NCBI GenBank assembly: GCA_003141835.1 | Contig: PLNR01000009.1 | Coordinates: 8,307-72,306 of the forward strand | DNA from: Candidatus Omnitrophota bacterium | GTDB taxonomy: Bacteria; Omnitrophota; Gorgyraeia; Pluralincolimonadales; Pluralincolimonadaceae | Reading direction: 5' to 3' | Length of the DNA stretch: 64,000 nt | Part shown: piece by piece, positions 35,147 through 43,308 of the stretch | Numbering within the stretch: position 1 is the stretch's first letter | Layout of the letters: every line of letters starts with the position of its first letter | Notes under the pieces: model-generated | Database searches by the model: none | Told to the model about the DNA's origin: nothing | What the model saw: only the letters and a program-made list of their open reading frames with translations | Program-made: the position numbers and the translations under genes

Positions 35147-35886
35147 TACTTCTTCTCCTTATTTATCCCGCTGAGGCGGGATTTCCCCGCTGAGGCGGGA
35201 CTCCGCGCCCCGAATGCGGGGCTCAACATGTCCGGACGCCTTGATCTCGTCCTGCTCAATGCCATCTTCCTTCTCCAAACATCTATTTTATTATGGTCGC
35301 CGGATAAAAGTACATCCGGCACCTTAAGGCCCCTGAAATCCGCCGGCCTCGTGTACTGGGGATATTCCAGCAGGCCCGACTCGAACGACTCGTGCTCGAG
35401 CGAACCCTTATCCCCGACGACTCCCGGCACAAGCCTTACCACGCTGTCGACCAGCGCCATCGCCGGTATCTCCCCGCCTGTCAGCACGAAATCCCCGAGA
35501 GATATTTCATCCGTCACGAGCTTCTTGCGGAACCGTTCGTCGATCCCCTCGTAATGCCCGCAGACTATTATGATGTGCTTATATCCGGACATCTTTTTTG
35601 CGGCCGGCTGGTCGAGCCTCTTGCCCTGCGGCGTCATAAGGACGACCCTCGACGACTTCGTCTTCAAATCCCCTACAGCATCAAAGAGCGGCTGCGGCTT
35701 TATCACCATCCCAGGCCCGCCGCCGAACGGCTTGTCGTCGACTTTTTTATGCTTGTCGTCCGTCCAGTCCCGCAGGTTGTGGACCCGTATATCGACCTTC
35801 CCCGCCTTGCGAGCCCGTTTGATTATCGATTCACCGAGCACGCCTTCGAACATCCCGGGGAAGAGCGTAAGTATATCTATCCGCAT
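35146..35886 (-). CDS. trmD: tRNA (guanine-37-N1)-methyltransferase
   Basis: [47 protein letters not shown]. Confidence 0.97.
   Translation of the reverse strand: MRIDILTLFPGMFEGVLGESIIKRARKAGKVDIRVHNLRDWTDDKHKKVDDKPFGGGPGMVIKPQPLFDAVGDLKTKSSRVVLMTPQGKRLDQPAAKKMSGYKHIIIVCGHYEGIDERFRKKLVTDEISLGDFVLTGGEIPAMALVDSVVRLVPGVVGDKGSLEHESFESGLLEYPQYTRPADFRGLKVPDVLLSGDHNKIDVWRRKMALSRTRSRRPDMLSPAFGARSPASAGKSRLSGINKEKK
35165..35222. repeat. Three tandem GC-rich mini-hairpins in the trmD 3' end
   Basis: ATCCCGC-TGAG-GCGGGAT, CCCGC-TGAG-GCGGG and GCCCCG-AATG-CGGGGC. Confidence 0.8.
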
Positions 35887-35890
35887 CGAG

Positions 35891-36133
35891 TTAAATTATG
35901 CCGGACTTCCTGAATATGTTCGCGCACGCTGAAGAAGGTTTCGCGCCGAGCTTGATCCAGTGCAGAATCCTCTCCTTCTTGAGGTTGCCGAATGCCGGCG
36001 TCTTCGTCGGGTCGTAATAGCCGAGCTCTTCGATCGCCTTCATGTCGCGTCCCCTGCGGGAATCTATGACTATGATCCTCTGATGGGGCATCTTCTTTGT
36101 GCCTAACCTCTTTAACCTGATCACTGCTGCCAT
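35891..36133 (-). CDS. rpsP: 30S ribosomal protein S16
   Basis: [28 protein letters not shown]...GAKPS. Confidence 0.95.
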   Translation of the reverse strand: MAAVIRLKRLGTKKMPHQRIIVIDSRRGRDMKAIEELGYYDPTKTPAFGNLKKERILHWIKLGAKPSSACANIFRKSGII

Positions 36134-36136
36134 TGA

Positions 36137-37402
36137 TTACTCCTCCCTTTCTCTGTGTATATTCGCTCCCAATTGCGACAATTTATTCTCTATCCTATCA
36201 TAACCCCTGTCCAAATGGTAGACCCTTGAGACGTCGGTCCTGCCTCTCGCGGCCATGCCGGCCAATACCAGCGCGGCCGAGGCGCGCAGATCCGACGCCA
36301 TCACCGGGGCGCCGCTCAGCTGTTTTATGCCTTTTACTATAGCCGAGTCGCCCTCGAGTTTTATCTGCGCTCCCATCCTTGCCAATTCGCTCACATGCAT
36401 ATACCTATCGGGATAGATCTTCTCTGTTATGACGCTTATCCCGTTTATTGTAGTCATCAGGGCCATCATCTGCGCCTGAAGATCGGTCGGGAACCCCGGG
36501 TATGGCAGCGTCGTGATATCTACAGGCCTAAGCTGCCGCTGGACCCTGACGCGTATATCCTTCCCGTGGCGCGTTATAGTGACGCCGGAATCCTGCAATT
36601 TATCGACGAGCGCCCCGAGATGGTCGAACCTGGCGCCTTTTACGGTGATATCGCCCCGGGTTATGGCAGCAGCCACCATGAAAGTTCCGGCCTCTATCCT
36701 GTCGGGTATCACCTCGGCCTCGGCCCCGCCGAGTTTCTTTACGCCCTCTATCTCGATAAAATGCGTACCCGCTCCTTTTATCTTCGCGCCCATCTTATTA
36801 AGAAAATCCGCGAGGTCCACGACTTCCGGCTCGCAGGCCGCGTTCTCTATGACCGTCCTGCCTTTGGCCAGTGTCGCGGCCATCATGACGTTATCGGTCG
36901 CCAGGACCGACGAGCCGAACGCCCCGCCCAAATATACATGCGCGCCTTTAAGCTGCTTCGTCTCGCCCATGACGTAACCGTGCTCTATCTTAAGGTCTGC
37001 GCCGAGCGCCTTTATGCCTTTAAGGTGGAGGTCCACCGGGCGGTTGCCGATGGCGCAGCCTCCGGGATACGACACCTGCGCTCTCTTGTGTTTTGCGAGG
37101 ATCGGACCCAGGACGCAGAACGAGGCGCGCATCTCCTTGACGTATTTATACGGCGCTATGTAATTCTTATATCCTTTCGGCTCTATCACCAGCCGCCCTG
37201 ACTCGACCTGCACCTTCACGCCAAGGTTGCGCAGGATCTTTATCATGGTGTTGACGTCGCGCAGCGGCGGGACCCGTTTTATCACGCATTTCTCGTCGGT
37301 GAGCAGCGTGGCGGCCATTATCGGCAGCGCGGAGTTCTTGGCCCCGCTTACCTCGACCGATCCTTTTAACCGCGTCGGGCCTTCTATTACTATCTTATCC
37401 AT
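36137..37402 (-). CDS. murA: UDP-N-acetylglucosamine 1-carboxyvinyltransferase
   Basis: GAKNSALP, MRASF, PGGCAIGNRPVDLH (catalytic Cys), EPEVVDL, PGFPTDLQ, DLRASA, HLDRGY. Confidence 0.97.
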   Translation of the reverse strand: MDKIVIEGPTRLKGSVEVSGAKNSALPIMAATLLTDEKCVIKRVPPLRDVNTMIKILRNLGVKVQVESGRLVIEPKGYKNYIAPYKYVKEMRASFCVLGPILAKHKRAQVSYPGGCAIGNRPVDLHLKGIKALGADLKIEHGYVMGETKQLKGAHVYLGGAFGSSVLATDNVMMAATLAKGRTVIENAACEPEVVDLADFLNKMGAKIKGAGTHFIEIEGVKKLGGAEAEVIPDRIEAGTFMVAAAITRGDITVKGARFDHLGALVDKLQDSGVTITRHGKDIRVRVQRQLRPVDITTLPYPGFPTDLQAQMMALMTTINGISVITEKIYPDRYMHVSELARMGAQIKLEGDSAIVKGIKQLSGAPVMASDLRASAALVLAGMAARGRTDVSRVYHLDRGYDRIENKLSQLGANIHREREE

Positions 37403-38188
37403 TTAACGCCTCTTCGCGAAGACTATCCTGTCTATATCGTTATAATCTTTTAATATCTCTATATCGCAGTATGACCCGTCCGACTCGAGGAGATCCTTGA
37501 TCGCCCGAGCCTGGCCGAATCCTATCTCCAGTATAAGGAATCCTCCGCGGCCCAGCCTCTTCGCCGCGCCGGGGATTATCCTTTTATAAAACTCGAGGCC
37601 TTTCAGCCCGCCGTCCAGGGCGATCCTCGGCTCGCTCCTCACTTCCGGGGGCAAAGAGTCGTAATCTTCGCTCGGTATGTACGGAGGGTTCGAGATGACC
37701 AGGTCGAACTTCTTCTTCCCGGGAATGCGCTCAAAAAGGTCCGAGAGGACGAATTCTATCCTGTCGCCTACGCCGTTTGCCGCGGCGTTCTCCCTGCCGA
37801 CTTCCAGGGCCTCCTCAGAGACGTCGGAAGCTACTATTTTACAGGACGGGCTCAATTTTGTCAAACTTACGGCTATGGCGCCGGAACCGGTCCCAAGGTC
37901 GAGGATCGACGGTTCGGAGATGCCTTCCCTCTCCATGAGAGTCAGGACCCTCTCGACGAGTATCTCAGTTTCCGGTCTCGGTATAAGGACGGAAGGGTTT
38001 ACGTCGAAATCAAAACCCATGAACTCCGCCTCGCCGGTAATATATTGGACCGGGATACCGCGGGCGTATGAATCGAGCGCTTCGTGGAAGAGCTTTATGT
38101 TCTCCTCGTCGGCCTCGTAATCACCCGTATATAATTGCGCGCGGTCGCAGTTGAACGCCCAGCACGCCAGTTGTTCGAATGAATCCAT
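37403..38188 (-). CDS. prmC: Release factor glutamine methyltransferase
   Basis: PVQYITG, VLIPRPETE, LDLGTGSG, SNPPY motifs; follows prfA. Confidence 0.94.
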   Translation of the reverse strand: MDSFEQLACWAFNCDRAQLYTGDYEADEENIKLFHEALDSYARGIPVQYITGEAEFMGFDFDVNPSVLIPRPETEILVERVLTLMEREGISEPSILDLGTGSGAIAVSLTKLSPSCKIVASDVSEEALEVGRENAAANGVGDRIEFVLSDLFERIPGKKKFDLVISNPPYIPSEDYDSLPPEVRSEPRIALDGGLKGLEFYKRIIPGAAKRLGRGGFLILEIGFGQARAIKDLLESDGSYCDIEILKDYNDIDRIVFAKRR

Positions 38189-38190
38189 AT

Positions 38191-39261
38191 TTATTTTGCC
38201 TCTTTAAGCCTGAGGTCCTTCTCCTGTTTTAACAGCGCCATTATCACTTCTTCCAGGTCGCCTTCGAGCACGTTCTCGAGGTTATGGACCGTAAAACCTA
38301 TCCTGTGGTCGGTGATGCGCCTGTCCGGGTAATTATAAGTGCGGATCTTCTCGCTGCGTTCGCCCGTGCCTATCTGCGTCTTGCGCTCTTTAGCTATCTT
38401 CTGCTGCTGTTCGGAAACCGCTTTATCCATGATCCTCGCGCGCAGGACCTTCATAGCCTTGTTCTTATTCTTCAACTGGGAACGCTCGTCCTGGCACTGG
38501 ACGACTATCCCGGTCGGGATGTGCGTGATCCTGACCGCTGAGTCCGCGGTATTTACGGACTGGCCGCCTGCGCCCGACGACCTGAATACGTCCACTTTCA
38601 GATCTTTCGCGTCGATCTTTATGTCTACGTCCTCGGCTTCGGGGAGCACAGCTACCGAGACCGTCGAGGTATGTATCCTGCCCGACGCTTCGGTGGCCGG
38701 GACCCTCTGCACCCTGTGGACGCCCGACTCGAATTTCATCTTCCTGTAGACGCCGTTTCCGTCCACTCCGAAGACGACTTCCTTGAACCCGCCGGCCTCG
38801 GATAAGCTCGAGCTCAGCATCTCGACTTTCCAGCCCTGGCTCGCGGCGTATCTGGAATACATCCTGAAAAGGTCTGAAGCAAAAAGCGACGCCTCCTGCC
38901 CCCCGGTGCCGGCGCGGATCTCGACGATTATATTTTTATCCGCATCCGGGTCGTTCTCGAGGAGCATCTCCTCAACCTCTTTTTCGAGGCCCGGCCTTAT
39001 CTTCCTGAGGCCGGATAATTCATCCTTGGCCATCTCGGCGAATTCCGCGTCGGATGACTTCTTCTCCAGGAGATCCTCGAGCTCGACAATCTCGGAGTCT
39101 ATTTTCCTGTACTCCTTATACTTGGAGACTATGCGCCTGAGCGAAGCCAATTCCTTCATATGCCGCTGGTAGGCGTACGAATCCGCTATCACCTTCGGAT
39201 CAGTGACTAGCTTCTCGAGCTCCTCATAGCGCCTGACTTTGGTCTCTAAAGCTTCGAACAT
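38191..39261 (-). CDS. prfA: Peptide chain release factor 1
   Basis: GAGGQ, RVPATE (PxT, RF1-specific), EIRAGTGG, RTYNYP. Confidence 0.97.
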   Translation of the reverse strand: MFEALETKVRRYEELEKLVTDPKVIADSYAYQRHMKELASLRRIVSKYKEYRKIDSEIVELEDLLEKKSSDAEFAEMAKDELSGLRKIRPGLEKEVEEMLLENDPDADKNIIVEIRAGTGGQEASLFASDLFRMYSRYAASQGWKVEMLSSSLSEAGGFKEVVFGVDGNGVYRKMKFESGVHRVQRVPATEASGRIHTSTVSVAVLPEAEDVDIKIDAKDLKVDVFRSSGAGGQSVNTADSAVRITHIPTGIVVQCQDERSQLKNKNKAMKVLRARIMDKAVSEQQQKIAKERKTQIGTGERSEKIRTYNYPDRRITDHRIGFTVHNLENVLEGDLEEVIMALLKQEKDLRLKEAK

Positions 39262-39276
39262 CCGGTATAAGCCCTT

Positions 39277-39477
39277 TTACTTCTTGTTGTATTTCTTTTT
39301 GAATTTCTCGACCCTGCCGGCGACATCCATCAGCTTTGAAAGGCCGGTGAAGAACGGGTGGCATTTCGAGCAGATCTCGACCCTTATGTTCTGTTTTGTC
39401 GAGCGGGTATGGATGACCTCGCCGCACGCGCAGGAGATAGTCGTCTCCTCGTATTTCGGATGGATCTTCTCTTTCAT
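39277..39477 (-). CDS. rpmE: 50S ribosomal protein L31 (Zn-binding type)
   Basis: [29 protein letters not shown]. Confidence 0.96.
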   Translation of the reverse strand: MKEKIHPKYEETTISCACGEVIHTRSTKQNIRVEICSKCHPFFTGLSKLMDVAGRVEKFKKKYNKK

Positions 39478-39495
39478 TTTCGTTTCTCCTTTTTG

Positions 39496-40827
39496 TTATT
39501 TTGCCTGCATGTTCATCAGGAACTCGGCGTTGTTCTTGGTCTTTCCCAACCTGTCGACCAACAGCTCCATCGCCTCGTCCGAATTCATCTCGTTTAACAC
39601 CTTCCTCATGATCCAGATGCGCTTCAGTTCGTCTTCCTTGAAGAGCAGGTCTTCCTTCCTGGTGTTGGAACGCTTGATGTCAATGGCCGGGTATATCCTC
39701 TTCTGGAACATGTTCCTGTCGAGCTGCAACTCCATGTTGCCGGTGCCCTTGAACTCCTCAAAGATAACCTCATCCATGCGGCTTCCCGTATCGACGAGCG
39801 CGGTAGCGATGATAGTAAGCGATCCGCCCTCTTCGACTGCGCGGGCCGCTCCGAAGAACCTCTTCGGCTTATGCAGCGCGCTTGAATCGACGCCGCCGGA
39901 GAGTATCTTACCGCTGTGCGGGGCGACCGTGTTGTAGGCGCGCGCGAGGCGCGTTATCGAGTCGAGGAGGACAACGACATCCTTCTTGTTCTCGACGAGC
40001 CTCTTCGCCTTCTCGAGGACTATCTCGGCGACCTGTATGTGCCTTTCGGCCGGTTCATCGAAAGTCGAGCTGACGACCTCGCCTTTGACCGAACGCTGCA
40101 TATCGGTGACTTCCTCGGGGCGCTCGTCGATCAAAAGGACTATCAGCACAACCTCGGGATAGTTATTCATGATGGAGTTCGCGATCTTCTGGAGCAGGAT
40201 AGTCTTTCCGCTGTACGGCTGGGCGACAATAAGGCCCCTCTGGCCTTTTCCTATAGGGGTCAACATGTCCATGATCCTCATCGAAATCTCTTCCGTATCG
40301 GTCTCGAGGACATACCTTTGGTTAGCGTAGAGCGGCGTCAGGTTATCGAATAAAGTGCGCTCCTTCATCGATTCCGGATGCTCCATATTCACGACTTCCA
40401 CTTTGAGCAGCGCGAAATAACGTTCGCCCTCTTTGGGCGGGCGTATCTGTCCGCTGACCGTGTCGCCTGTGCGCAGGTCGAACCTCCTTATCTGGCTCGG
40501 CGAGACGTAGATATCGTCCGGCGACGGCAGGTAATTATAGTTCGACGACCGCAGGAAGCCAAACCCGTCCGGAAGGATCTCGAGGACGCCCTCGCCGAAC
40601 ATGAAACCTTCTTTTTCGGCCTGCGCCTGGAGTATCTTGAAGATCAGGTCCTGCTTCTTGAGCCCGCTTATGGAATTGACGCTCAGGTCCTTGGCGGCTT
40701 TAGTGAGCTCCTGGATCGTCATCTTCTTGAGCTTCGTTATATTGAAACCCGTACCCGACGGCTCTTTCGTCTCGGCCGCCTCTTTTGCAGGTTGTTTCCC
40801 GTTTGTCTCTTCGTTATTAGTCTTCAT
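39496..40827 (-). CDS. rho: Transcription termination factor Rho
   Basis: [55 protein letters not shown]. Confidence 0.98.
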   Translation of the reverse strand: MKTNNEETNGKQPAKEAAETKEPSGTGFNITKLKKMTIQELTKAAKDLSVNSISGLKKQDLIFKILQAQAEKEGFMFGEGVLEILPDGFGFLRSSNYNYLPSPDDIYVSPSQIRRFDLRTGDTVSGQIRPPKEGERYFALLKVEVVNMEHPESMKERTLFDNLTPLYANQRYVLETDTEEISMRIMDMLTPIGKGQRGLIVAQPYSGKTILLQKIANSIMNNYPEVVLIVLLIDERPEEVTDMQRSVKGEVVSSTFDEPAERHIQVAEIVLEKAKRLVENKKDVVVLLDSITRLARAYNTVAPHSGKILSGGVDSSALHKPKRFFGAARAVEEGGSLTIIATALVDTGSRMDEVIFEEFKGTGNMELQLDRNMFQKRIYPAIDIKRSNTRKEDLLFKEDELKRIWIMRKVLNEMNSDEAMELLVDRLGKTKNNAEFLMNMQAK

Positions 40828-41335
40828 TCCATTCCTCCTCTTCCATGAACACCTTGAATGTTCCTCCCTCTTTTTGTGCCAACGCTAAAGCCTCTACGGC
40901 GCATCCCAGCAATTCATCACCCGAGAAAGCGAAAGAAAAATAATGCGCTATCCCGATCGAAGCCGAGATCTTCAGCCTGTCCGAGGCGAAATCGTGGTTC
41001 TTTAAAGATTCTATTATCTTTGACGCCTTCTCCTTCGCTTCTTTAAGCGTGATCTCGCGCAACAGGAGAAGGAACTCATCCCCGCCGAACCTTGCTAGAA
41101 GGTCCGCCGGCCTCAGCATGTGGTTCAGCACATTAGCCGTAGCGGCCAGCACCTCATTGCCGGTGTTCCTGCCGTACCACCGGTTGACCCTCTCCAAGTT
41201 GTCTATATCGACCAAAAGAAGCGCGATAGGCGGAAGTATTCTCTTGTTCTTTGATCCCGATATCTCACTGTTAAGGACATCGAGGACATCCTCTATCCCG
41301 TGAGGACAGTTTACGCTCCCACTAGCTTCTTCCAT
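40817..41335 (-). CDS. Stand-alone GGDEF-domain protein
   Basis: LLLVDID, RPAD (RxxD I-site), RFGGDEF, SASIGIA. Confidence 0.85.
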   Translation of the reverse strand: MEEASGSVNCPHGIEDVLDVLNSEISGSKNKRILPPIALLLVDIDNLERVNRWYGRNTGNEVLAATANVLNHMLRPADLLARFGGDEFLLLLREITLKEAKEKASKIIESLKNHDFASDRLKISASIGIAHYFSFAFSGDELLGCAVEALALAQKEGGTFKVFMEEEEWNED

Positions 41336-41910
41336 ATAGCCCTTGATTGTTTTGCCGTAGAGACGAAGCTGCCGCCGTTGTCAATCACGAAATCAGCGGC
41401 CTTTATCTTTTCCTTTATCGGCATCTGCATCTTTATGCGCCGCAATATTTCGGATTTGCCGAGCCCGAATTTCCCGCCGGCCCTGACGAGTTGCACGCTT
41501 CTCGGCGCGGCGACTACCACCACTTTGTCCACCTGTTTTTGGCCGCCGCTCTCCAGCAAGAGCGGGACATCGACGACGACTATCGCCGAGGGATCGGACC
41601 TTTTTATCCTGGCGATCCTGCCGCGGATCTCCTTGTATACAAGCGGGTGGATGATCCCGCCTAATTTCTTAAGGAGCCGACGGTCCGCAAAGACTTTCCG
41701 GCCCAGGGCTTTCCTGTCTATGAAATGGTCGCGCCTCAGGATCGTCTTACCGAAAACCGAGACGACTTTCTTCCACGCGGGTTTTCCCGGATAAATAAGC
41801 TGGTGGGAGATCTCGTCCGCGTCGATCACCGCCGCTCCCATCCTCCTGAACATCCCCGAGACGGTCGTCTTACCCGTGCCTATGCTTCCCGTCACCCCGA
41901 TTATGACCAT
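41311..41910 (-). CDS. coaE: Dephospho-CoA kinase
   Basis: IGVTGSIGTGKT, IDAD, IDRKALG, IIHPLV, DVPLLLE, ADFVIDN; start taken at MVIIG. Confidence 0.95.
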   Translation of the reverse strand: MVIIGVTGSIGTGKTTVSGMFRRMGAAVIDADEISHQLIYPGKPAWKKVVSVFGKTILRRDHFIDRKALGRKVFADRRLLKKLGGIIHPLVYKEIRGRIARIKRSDPSAIVVVDVPLLLESGGQKQVDKVVVVAAPRSVQLVRAGGKFGLGKSEILRRIKMQMPIKEKIKAADFVIDNGGSFVSTAKQSRAIWKKLVGA

Positions 41911-41912
41911 CG

Positions 41913-43307
41913 TCACACCAGCTTCTTGTATACTTCGAGATATTTTTCCGCGGACCTGTCCCACGAGAAATCGCATTTCATCGCATTGGATACGAGCTTA
42001 GCCCAAAGACCCCTCTGCTTGTAAAGGCCTATCGCCTTCTTTATCTCATCCAAAAGCTCCCACGCGTCGTACATCTCGAAAACGAATCCGTTGCCGCGCG
42101 TCGTCTCCGGGTCGTATTCGGTTATCGTATCGGCGAGCCCGCCTGTCCTGCGCACGACCGGGATCGTCCCGTACCTTAGCGATATCATCTGGCCGAGGCC
42201 GCACGGTTCGTAACTTGATGGTACTAAGAAAAGATCTGTACCAGCATATATCTTTTTCGCCAGGACCTCGTCGAACTTAAGGTTTATCGACGCTTTGCGC
42301 GGGAACTTCTTTTTTATCCCCTCAAACAGCCGGTGGTACTTCTCTTCGCCTGTGCCGAGCAATATGAATTGGACGTCGTGGTCCAGGAGCGGGTCTATTA
42401 TCCGGGCGACCAGGTCGAGGCCTTTCTGGTCCGCGAGCCTCGATATGATCCCGACGATCGGGACGTCCCGCCTCTCGTCCAAGCCCGCTTCCTTTTGGAG
42501 CAGGGCTTTATCCTTGTATTTTCCTTCCGGTTTCGGCTGCGAAAAATGGTATTTAAGCTCTTTATCCTCCGAGGGATCCCAATCGCCGTAATCGATGCCG
42601 TTCAAGATGCCGAAAAGGTCCTTCTTCCTCTCGGATAGCAGCCCGTTGAGTCCCCATCCGAATTCGGGCGTCTGTATCTCCTTCGCGTAGGTCGGCGAGA
42701 CCGTCGTTATTGCGTCCGCGAATACGAGCCCGCCTTTAAGGATATTCACCTTGTCATAAAATTCGAGCCGATTAATAGTGAAATATTCCCAACCGAGGCC
42801 GGTCTTGGGCAATTCCTGTTTCGGGAATACCCCCTGATAGCCAAGGTTGTGGATCGTGAGCACACTCTTCATATTTTCGTAGAACTTATCTTTCTTTCCG
42901 TATATCTCCTTCAAATAGACCGGGACGAGCGCAGTTTGCCAGTCGTTGCAATGGATCACGTCCGGCTTAAAATCCAGTTCCTTTAACTGCTCGATCACGC
43001 TCCTCGAGAAGAACGAGAACCTGTCGAGGTTATCGGCGTAGTCGCCGTTCTTGTCGGAGTAGAGCTTATCCCTCATGAAAAATTTGTCGTTCTTTACGAA
43101 ATAGACCGGCACCTTATCGGCCAGCATCGCCTCGTTGCCGAAGGCCCTTACGCATTTGTAATGGGGGGTTATTACCCTGACGTCAACCCCGGCCTTGTCC
43201 AGGGCCACCGGAAGGCTGCCCGCCACATCGGCAAGTCCTCCGGTCTTGGAGAAAGGGTCTACCTCGCTTGAGGCGAAGAGCACTTTTATTCTCTTGCCTT
43301 TAGCCAT
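41913..43307 (-). CDS. glgA: Glycogen synthase
   Basis: KTGGLADV, HCNDWQT, TIHNLGYQG, ILNGID, SRLADQKG, PSSYEPCGL, TGGLADT. Confidence 0.96.
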   Translation of the reverse strand: MAKGKRIKVLFASSEVDPFSKTGGLADVAGSLPVALDKAGVDVRVITPHYKCVRAFGNEAMLADKVPVYFVKNDKFFMRDKLYSDKNGDYADNLDRFSFFSRSVIEQLKELDFKPDVIHCNDWQTALVPVYLKEIYGKKDKFYENMKSVLTIHNLGYQGVFPKQELPKTGLGWEYFTINRLEFYDKVNILKGGLVFADAITTVSPTYAKEIQTPEFGWGLNGLLSERKKDLFGILNGIDYGDWDPSEDKELKYHFSQPKPEGKYKDKALLQKEAGLDERRDVPIVGIISRLADQKGLDLVARIIDPLLDHDVQFILLGTGEEKYHRLFEGIKKKFPRKASINLKFDEVLAKKIYAGTDLFLVPSSYEPCGLGQMISLRYGTIPVVRRTGGLADTITEYDPETTRGNGFVFEMYDAWELLDEIKKAIGLYKQRGLWAKLVSNAMKCDFSWDRSAEKYLEVYKKLV

Positions 43308-43308
43308 A

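Noticed and set aside
38191-39261. RF2 with programmed frameshift
   Set aside because: Single ORF with the PAT (PxT) motif, followed by prmC: this is RF1.
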